NCBI GenBank assembly: GCA_029717555.1
Contig: JAMDHS010000056.1
Coordinates: 62,001-126,000 of the forward strand
DNA length: 64,000 bases
Direction of reading: 5' to 3'
Origin: Peribolospora baueri
Taxonomy: Eukaryota
The notes under the pieces were generated by a model, which saw nothing but the letters and a program-made list of their open reading frames with translations, did not search any database and had not been told where the DNA came from. Below are positions 55,199-64,000 of this stretch, piece by piece; position 1 is the first letter of the stretch, and each line of letters starts with the position of its first letter. The position numbers and the translations under genes are program-made.

Positions 55199-56167
55199 CG
55201 AAGCGCGACGCTTGCGAGCTCGTCACCTTCCTGTCGTTCCTTTCGGCTCTTTGTTTGTCTTTTCTCACCATCTTATCTCCTTCGTTCGCACTCTTTTCTC
55301 TGTTTTGCCTTCATTCCGAACGCCATCCCGGCGTGTTCCACCCGATATTTTTTCTACCATCTGCTTCATTGGATTCCTTCCCATTCTTCCCAACCCCACG
55401 TCTCCCGCACGTCTCGGCACCGTTCGCCGTCTTCTTCTCCTTTACACCAGTCCACCAAACCAAGCTCCTCTGTACTTGTACCGTCTTACCTCCCCCATGA
55501 ACGAGAAGAGAGAAAGGAGTCAGTGACCCCCCCCACTCGTCCTTATCCTCCCTCGTGCCTCCTGAAGGACTTGCTCCCTCATTAGGGCTAGGGCCATAAA
55601 GGATTTTTGTTTAATCGCTGCAGAAGCGCTGCGCTGGTAGACTAAAGAGGCGGAGGCAAAGAGAGCCGATAGAGCAAAAACAGCTGGTGACGGAGGATAC
55701 GATGATTTTTGCCTGCGCGTACTTGTTTGTACCACACATACTCCCGTCCTCTCCCATCTGGCCGCGAACGACTTGGTCCTGCTCAGGCGACGTACCTACC
55801 TATTGGTAGGGGTCCTTAGCGGCGAACACCCGGTCTTATGTCCTCCTTTTTCGACGGCATCATCAAGAATAGGCGCGGTTGGTAGAAGGAGCCACGAGGG
55901 GCCATGTTTGTTTCAGGATAAGGACAGTGGAGAGGCAAAGCACAGGAACGAGCAAAGCGGGACAGCTAAGGTGGAGGGAGCAGCGTCGTCGTCATCACCT
56001 TCATTCAGAATTAGTAAAAGATACCGCAATGCGGAGGATGAGCGGGAGAAAGATCCATGGATGGTTGGGTGGAGGGGGGAACCGACAACGATGAGGTCGA
56101 ACATAAAGGAATGGGGCGAGAGAAGAAGGGGCGGGCGGGCGCGAACATCGCCGTTCCTGCCAATTCT

Positions 56168-59100
56168 TCAGACGAAAACACCAATGTAGCCCGTGACGTC
56201 GTTCCTCTCATTCTGCTGAAGGAGCATGGGTTTAGGAAGGGCCTGTCAGCATGCACACCTGATAAGAGCGAGAAATGATTACGTGCTCATCTTGAGCGGC
56301 GTGAGATGGAGAATGCGGAAGCGAGAGTTCATGCCCTCGTCCTCGCCCAAGCTCTTGTCTGTCCCTACACGGATGCCACACATGGTTGACATGGGCAAGC
56401 CCTTACGGATGCCTTTCTTGATCTTCGACTTGAGTGCCTTCGTCTCTTTTCTCTGGCCGGCCGTCAAGCCATTGAGAAAGTCCTTGTACATGAGCTGCGA
56501 ATGATAGAGCTCCCTGGGAGTTGAGCAAAGCAGACCTGAAGGAGAATAAACAAAAGCCGGAGGCAGAAGATATCGTTGAGCTGCTGGCTGCGATGCGATT
56601 TAACGGAGAGACCTGTGACTCACCGAGGAACTGTAGGAGCTCTTTGCTCACAGACACCGTCCGCCGCTTACGCCTCTCGAGGATGAACACCTTCGAGTAC
56701 ATGGACCGGAAAGAAACGAACTGCTCCTCCAGCGGGTCGGTCAAGTCTTCAAGGGCTGATTCCGTTCCTCGCTCTCCTGAGGAGGCTGTACGACCGAAGG
56801 AGAAACCGGTAGAGGATCCGGCCAATTCCCGAAGATGAGGCTCGAGACAGGTGTCGTCCTCTCCAGTTCTGACGCTGTGTTAGCTCGGATGCGGAGGTCG
56901 GGTACGTCTCCATTAGCCAGGGGAGGTTCGTCGACTTGGCCAGAGACCGGAGATGTCCACTTGCCCATCTATGAAGTAGCATAACCTTCCCACGTCGTCT
57001 GGAACGGGGATGATGCACAGAAGACACCAAAACGGTTTACCATCTTTTCGATAGTTGATGAGGAGCTCACAGCAGGGCCGTCCAGCCTTGAGCGCTGCTC
57101 GGATGTGCCTCACCGCATCAGGCGCTGTCGCAGGGTCTTGAAGCAAGCGGCAGCTGCGACCGACGATCTCTTTCCGTGTGTAGCCCGTAAGCGCGACGAA
57201 GCGGTCACTCACCGCGACGACGGGGTTACCAGGTTGGCGTGGGTTCGTCAAACAGAAACAGTCGCCCAGCCCGGACCTCACGTCTGCGCTCAGGTGCGGC
57301 TTTGTGAGGAGCACTTTGCTCTCCTCGGCGATGCAGTGCCGGATGTAACGCTTGAAGTGAACATCGTATAGGCTACGTAAAAGTTCACTCTGGGACCTCG
57401 AGAACAGCGGCTTGAGGGATGCGATCTGATTCAAGGAAGAATTGAGCTCTCCTTGGTTTTCTGCCTCGAGCGGAAAGCACGTCAGAGAGTTGTCCACGAC
57501 GTAGGCACCTGCGGGATGAGCACGAACACGTCAGCCAGAATTGGACCTGGAAGCCTTGAGCGGAAGGGCTCATTCACAGATAGGGCGTTAGCACGCGAAT
57601 GAGCCTCAGGAGCACAACTCACGGTACAAGTGGGTCGCATGCCACTTTGCCGAGCGCCAGCCTGTCGAGGGTCCGAATCTCTCGCCACATGTCCACCTTG
57701 AACTCTGCTCCATTCCCCTCCCCCTTGCACCACTCTATGAAGTGAGCCCGTCCCAGCTCGTGCTCGAGGACTCTCTCAAGCGCTCCCTCATGCAAGAGGT
57801 GCTCGACGGGGAAATCCAAATCGGTTCTCAGAGATCGGCTCGGCCACGATCGGGACTACGGCTGATTTGAGCGCGAGCGGGATCAAGTCGTCCATGGTCT
57901 GTCGAACGAATCTGCCGCTCGACCGAGACAGGTATTCGTCAAGCGCCCAGTTTTCCATCAGCCTGTTCGGCTGGTGACGGTGCTCAGGGCTAGGCCCCTC
58001 TGTGCCGGTAGATGGGCGCCCCTGAGAAGAAGGTTCGGAGTGAACGCTAGTCGACAAGACGACGGCCGGATGGAGGCCTGGTGGAGTCTGGGCTAGGCGT
58101 TGATCCATTCGCCCTTTGTCGACAGCCTTGGGTTGTCCCAAGCGCATTAGCTGGCCAGGGGCAGAGGTGCGTCGTGATGGTGTCCAGAAATCGGAGGGAG
58201 TGAGCACCTTCTGCTTCTGATCGATCTTCTCCTTGCCATCGATGGATCCTGTTCGCATGTGACAGACACCCTGTCGTTGACCATGAGCGGCACTCCCCAC
58301 CGCTTCGCTGGCTTCAATATGACCGTGAACCGGGACCGAAGTGGAGGTGGCCTGTGTCGAGCGCTCGGTGTGCTCTACCCACTCGTCTTTAAATAAAGAA
58401 GTGGAGATTACATGAGGGAAATTCATAAAGTCGGTCAGCCACGTTTTCTGTCTCTGCAGAATGAAAATTAAACCAGAGGAGAAAACACAAAAAGTTCCGG
58501 GAAAGGTCGGCCACAGCCAGAGGGACCTCACCTTCGGACTCCTTGATCGTCTCCAACTGCTTCCCAAGGCCACCTACACGCCCATCATCACCATTACCAC
58601 CAGACCCCCCGCCGACGCTACCACCTGCTCCCGCATTATCATGTTTATCTTCATCGCTAATCTGCGCTGTTAGTCGATTGCCCGAGACGTTGGAGTTGCC
58701 GCGTTGGATTGCTCCGGGTTTTCCATGGCCTTTGACGAGGATCTCATGGACGACGAGGACGACGAAACGAGTGAAGAAGAGGAAGCCGATACGCTCTCGT
58801 TCCCGGTTTCGCCGCAGGAGGTGGGGGTGGGGTAGGAACGATGCTTGTCCCCCTCGGAGGGCAAAGAAGACGGCATGGGAGGGAAAGGGCGGGCGAGTTC
58901 CGCAAGCAATGTGCGCATGGCGGCGAAGGCGTTTTCTCCAGTGTCCACGGACCCGGGCGTACTCCAAGGGCTCATCGGTCGGGTACTTTACGCTCGCCAC
59001 TGGAGGGTCTGCGCGGTTGGACCCAGTCTGGGAAGGCGAGAGGAGATCGAGGAAGGTCATCTCGGGGTCGACGGCCGGCTTGAATCCCGGCTCCCTGCCT

Positions 59101-60383
59101 TTGCCCTCAGTTGAGGCGTAGGGCGGTTGAGGAGGACGCTGAGGGGAGGACGTGCCGAATAGTTGCGGTGAGAGTGTTAGTGAAGGTGAAGGCAAGGAAA
59201 CGTTGACGTGTTGAATCAAACTTGAGTCGGTTCCCGGCATGTCATCTTCGTCGTTGTTATCATCGCCGTCACTTGGATCAATGCTACCGGCTTGCCTCGG
59301 GGGTTGCTCACCGCGGATGGCTACGGATGACTGGGTGGATGCGACAGAGCCGTCGTCGTCATCTTCACTCGCGACTGTAGACGGAGCTCGGCGGGGAAGA
59401 GTTGCAGACGACGGAATCGATGTGCTCTCGCCCGGGACGCGCTCGTTAGATTCGGCGGTCTCTTTACTCGAAAGTCGGCGGGCGTCCTCTGGAGCGCATC
59501 GTACCGGGCGATCGTCGAAGACGACCGAACCGATGCGTCGTCCGGGACAAGTTCTTCAACTTGGGTGTTGGGGGTCTCGTTATCGGGACGACTCCCGGCG
59601 TCCTCTCGAACGCTTCGTTCTCTTCCTTTCCCCCTCATAAAGGGACCAAAATCGCGCTCTAGATGCCCTCCCCCTCGGCCGAGGCTCCCTCCCCCTGCAG
59701 CGCCCGGAGATCTGGCAACGAGAAGGGCCTGAAGAGATTCAAACCATTGTAGAGATCGAAAGAGAGCTTGCCTTTGAGAAACAGCGAGGTCTCGGAACGG
59801 CTGGAGGCAGTTGTGCGGCGGCGCTGGAAAAGGAAAGGGGGCGTGCTGGAGTCCGTTTTCCCCACATGACGGGCCGTCTCAGGTTTGCTGGAAGCCGTCG
59901 ACGCTGGGGGACAAGCGGTCGAGCACGCTTGGCCGGTCTCAACGAAGCTCACCCTGTCCAGCTTTGGAAAGGGCTTGCGGGTGGCACGCTTCATTCGATG
60001 AGAAGACTTGACATCCGACGTTGTGCGGTGTCCATGGCGATGTGCGGAAGAGGCGAAACAAGTCAACGCCGACCATCGGTAGTCCAAGGACGCTCTGAAT
60101 GGCTCGAGCACGGAAGTGGACATATGCGTATACACTCACTTCGACCAGTCGTTGATGACTGTATGCGGGGGGACGCGTTTGGTCGGCCTGCTAGGAGTGA
60201 AATAAGGCGGATTGGCGAGAAAGGGTCGAAGGGAATACCAACGTCGCAGACGTCGTCCGAGTCCAGCGCGAGTCTAGCCGGTTTAAATAAGGACCAGGCG
60301 TCGGTCAATGGAACCTCCCCTGTTGTCCATGGGCCCAGCATCCCCTTGACATGAGGGCTCAGAGGTCGTAGCGCTCCTTCCAT
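56168..60383 (-). pseudogene. Disrupted RGS-LOV-DUF blue-light photoreceptor gene (BcLOV4-like architecture); 5' boundary uncertain
   Basis: RGS-like LERVLEHELGRAHFIEWC..KVDMW..LLRSLYDVHFKRYIRH; LOV GLGDCFCLTNPRQPGNPVVAVSDRFVALTGYTRKEIVGRSCRLLQ..NYRKDGKPFWCLL..YFIDGQ (about 56945-57270); DUF PLEEQFVSFRSMYSKV..ILHLTPLK. Joining the pieces needs several frameshifts and a non-GT donor. Confidence 0.78.
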
Positions 60384-63141
60384 ACCGCCTCGAGCCGGTT
60401 GGACTACTGTCTCCAGGATAGGAGGTGAAGGGAAGACGGAAGTGCGAGCGGACGCGCTTCACTTGCCGTCCGCGAATTTCGAGGTCAGTTGCAACAAAAT
60501 GTTGTTTGACATTGTGATATGGGAGAGGGACGCGGCGAGGTCGGCTCGTGCGCTTCGAAAGGAGCGATCGCTCATGGACGCCGGTGGATGAAAAGAGGGG
60601 TCCGAGCCAACCAAGGCGAGAGAGCGAGAAAGGAGGGACGTGTTGCGAGGAGCGAGACAAAGGCCACTTGCGGTCGTCGAGGTTGGAGCGCCGATTCGGT
60701 TCGTCATGAATGGGATGAAATGCCAACAACACGGGCCCAAGCGACCTCGCTCGCTCCCCTTCGCATACTGTGGACGCCCACGTCTGGCCGATGGCATACA
60801 CACACCAAGATGACGGACGACGCCGACGCCGCCGCTCTTTGGCCAATCCAGCGGGTATCCGGCCCTTGGCAGAGGGATTTTGCAACATGGCGTAACTGGT
60901 ATCAGCGAGAGCACACGAAGGAGGCCGTCGTACGCACGTATGTCAGGAAGGAGGTGGTCTTTGGCCGGCGTACACCAGCATCAGCATGTGGCCTTTGTCC
61001 GAACGGGAGGAGCGGCGGTGGCGAAGGTGGTCGTGGCCTGGCGAGCTACTCAAGCGGTCTCTCTCTTCCTTGCGACACGAAGACGTGACATCGTCGGTGA
61101 CGTATATGCGCACCGCTGTATTCGCAGAACATGATCACCACCGGTGGGCGTGTCAGGGCCGGCGTTCCTGCCTCCATCCGTCCCACCTCGGACACGTTCC
61201 TCGCTTCGCTTCTTGCGTCGCCTCGGATTCCGTGACCTAATAATAAACGTCGGTTCGTCGCTGTCGCCCAGCTTACCCCCCCGTCGGCCACGCGTACGGC
61301 CACATGGACGGCGGCAGCAAAGAAGCGCTCCCACGGTGGCTTTTCCGACCTCGCGCCTGAAGGGAGGGAGCTGCTGCCAACTTTGCTAACGTCTTGCTCG
61401 CTCTCGGGCGTCATTGCGCGTGGCAGGCACACCACATCCAACGCACACACCGCTCTCGGCGCCGAGCTCACCGACCTCGGCCTGCGCGTTATCGAGCAGA
61501 CTCGAGTGCTCGCTCGGTCCCTTGCAAGCAGTCAGCATGGACAGTGTGTGTGCGTGTATGCGTGTGTGTATGTGTGTGTGTGCGGAGCACTCGCATGGTC
61601 GTCGGCTCACGTTTGTCTCCGGCGACTACTTGCCTTAGCACCTGGTAGTCCGCTAGTCCGCCCTCCTCCAACCACTTTTTCGACTCCGAGAACGCGCTTC
61701 TATACACGTAGCTTTATACCTCCATCTGTGGAGCACCATCGGCGCAGATCTTTTCACTCTCCCTTTTCGCATTCGTACCCTGTCCGGCCCCCCTTGCAGA
61801 GTCAGAGTCTCTTTCTTGTCAATGAAAGAAGAAATGGACGTATGTCGTCCTCAGGCTCCCCCGGCCCACCCTGGGCTTTATTTGCCGTGCCCCCCCCCCG
61901 GCGTCTTGGGTCCTTCTCTCGCAGACACGCGTGTACGACATCAGGAGCACAAATGCGAGTGTGGGCACAGCGTTGGTCGTCGTCCTCTTCTCACCCGCTG
62001 CCAACGAAACTGGGGTCGCCACCTCGGCCGTTTCCCAACAAGCCCAAATCGAATGCCTGCCTGCATGCACACACACCCGCCCACGGCGTGCGCTCCCGCT
62101 CGCATGCAGTGGCACCACCGCGTAGGGCTGCACGTGACGCAACCCTACGGTGCCGGTGCCGGGGCGCACGTGCGCCCCATCGGACGATCGGATGGGGATG
62201 GGGTTGTGGGGAAGCGGATTGAATGCGGCCGAAGATGGGGCGGGCCGGGAGAGGGGGTGACGACGACGAGCACGGCGGCGGCGGCGGCGGCGATGGACGT
62301 GGAGGCGAGGGAGGCGAACGTGTATGGAGAAGGAAGGAGAGGATATATACGACCTGGATACGAGTGGAGAACGAAGAACGAAGCGTCTATCTACGGTCTG
62401 CCAGCGAGCAAAGGAAAGCTTTCTTCGACACCGCTCGGCTCAGCTCGGCTCGACTTCTTTACCCGCGTCGTCGCCTCTCGGCGTCCCACGGCTGCCCCAC
62501 TGACGACGGCTGCCGCAGTCACATCTTCCATTGCGCGCGCTGATCACTCACGACTCGACACCGACGTTCGTTCGCAGACAGACACAGAGAGAGACGCTCA
62601 CCAACATCGACGCCGTCGCGGTCATCGCCCGTAACGCCAAAGCCATCTTCTGTCTTCCTCCTTCGCCATCTTGCCCAGCGTGGCCTCCACGTCAACCCCT
62701 CCCTCTCCTTCCCGAGCCACTCCTGCGCCCGGCCCTTCCTCCCCTCCACCACCGTCGCCGCCCAACGACGGCCAGGGCCAGGGCCAGGGCGATCCCTCCG
62801 CCGCGTCCCCAACACCGCCCGCCGCCGGCTCGGGGGAGCCACGACAAGGAGCGCCGTCACCACCATCACCTTCATCACGAACGCCGCTGCGGCCGCCGAC
62901 AACAAAAACAACAGCAGCAGCGACAAAAACAACGACAACGTCTAACACAACCGATAAGCAGCCCGTCGCCGATCGACCGCGTCCCTCCTCTCACCCAGCC
63001 GAACCTCCACCCACCTCCAAGGTCTCGCGCACCCTAGCCGACCTACAATCTTTCCTGAGCGCCTTCCCTCTACCCATCCATCGTCTCCTACCCAACCTCC
63101 TCCTTCGCGTCGCCGCTCGCGTCCTCGCCCGTCGCAACGTC

Positions 63142-64000
63142 ATGGCCTCCTCCCTCGCCTTCGACATCACCCTCCTCTTCTGGAGGGTCGTGATCAACAT
63201 CTTCTTCAGGGAGATCAGACCCAGGGGTAGCTACAACATACCCAAGGAGGGCGCTGTCATCTTTGTCGCCGCCCCTCATCATAACCAGGTGCGTATATCC
63301 TCCAGACGACGGACTGGCTCGGCGTGGGCAGATGGATAGCTCGTTCGGGTCCTTACCTTCTCTTCCCTGTCAGTTCCTCGACCCGCTCCTCCTGGCGTCC
63401 GAAGTCCGTCGCGAGGCCGGCCGGCGCGTTGCCTTCCTGATCGCATCAAAGAGCATGAACCGGAGGTGGATCGGCATGGCGGCCAGGTTAATGCAGAGCA
63501 GTAAGCATCCAATTCGCCCTCTTTTTTGTTCATCCTCCGTCTCACCTCTTCTTGCCTCCGTCCCTCCAGTTCCCGTCGCCCGCGCCGCCGACGACGCAAA
63601 GCCAGGCATCGGCACGCTTACGGTAGACAAGAACGACCCTCTCCTCCTCCATGGCCACCGCACCCAGTTTACAAAGCAGCTCGTCCCACGCGGCCAAGTC
63701 GTGCTTCCCAAGTCGGCCGAATACGCCTCGGCCGAGGTGGTCGAAGTGCTCTCCGACGACCTGGTGCGGATTAAGAAGGAGTTCAAGAACGATCGAGCCA
63801 GGGAAATTCTCAAGGAAGGCTCGGGCAAGGACGGGATGGGGTGCGAGTGGAAGGTTCTGCCGTACATTGATCAGACAGAAATGTATGCGCACGTGTATGC
63901 GAGGCTCAAGCAAGGCGGTTGTTTGGGCATCTTCCCAGAAGGTGAGCGGCGTTCGTTGTCCTACCGCGCTCCTTTTGGACTCGCTGCGCAGGTCTCAGGC
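63142..64000 (+). CDS. Glycerol-3-phosphate/DHAP O-acyltransferase (SCT1/GPT2 family), truncated by the window end
   Basis: FFREIRPRGSYNIPKEGAVIFVAAPHHNQ|FLDP (HxxxxD), RRVAFLIASKSM, PVARAAD, PYIDQTEMY..V..RL..GGCLGIFPEG. Confidence 0.93.

Noticed and set aside
56964..56969. GC donor (GG|GCAAGT) that could splice out the two stops after the LOV domain
   Set aside because: It is in phase, but using it would delete the conserved LOV Gln and the last beta strand, so it is unlikely to rescue function.
60400..62600. Several 200-280 aa ORFs between the LOV locus and GPAT
   Set aside because: Mostly non-ATG starts, low complexity and no motifs. Expected by chance in high-GC DNA.

Overview
Intron-rich, GC-rich eukaryotic DNA, most consistent with a basidiomycete fungus (GT-AG introns mostly about 60-170 nt with GTGAGY/GTGCGY donors and CTRAY branch sites; taxon is inferred). 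Most ORF-track entries are shadow ORFs. Manual splicing gives about 16 protein-coding genes, one pseudogene and one tRNA. In order: TilS-like lysidine synthase (+), gamma-butyrobetaine-dioxygenase-like (-), Pcl cyclin (-), a 4.7 kb microsatellite-rich gap, SRP40 (-), MED16 (+), five-TOG STU2/XMAP215 (-), ING-PHD (+), TACO1/YebC (-), Prx5/Ahp1 peroxiredoxin (-), MFS transporter (+), SKN7 (+), intron-containing tRNA-Ile(UAU), double-PHD MYST acetyltransferase (-), a small Duo1-like gene (+), EHT1-family hydrolase (-), an orphan membrane protein (+), an RGS-LOV-DUF photoreceptor locus (-) and a partial GPAT (+). I found no mobile element, no CRISPR array and no convincing novel multi-gene system. 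The most unusual item is the RGS-LOV-DUF locus: it carries many frameshifts, an AT splice donor and substituted flavin-pocket residues, while its neighbours read intact. All family calls rest on remembered motifs, not database searches.
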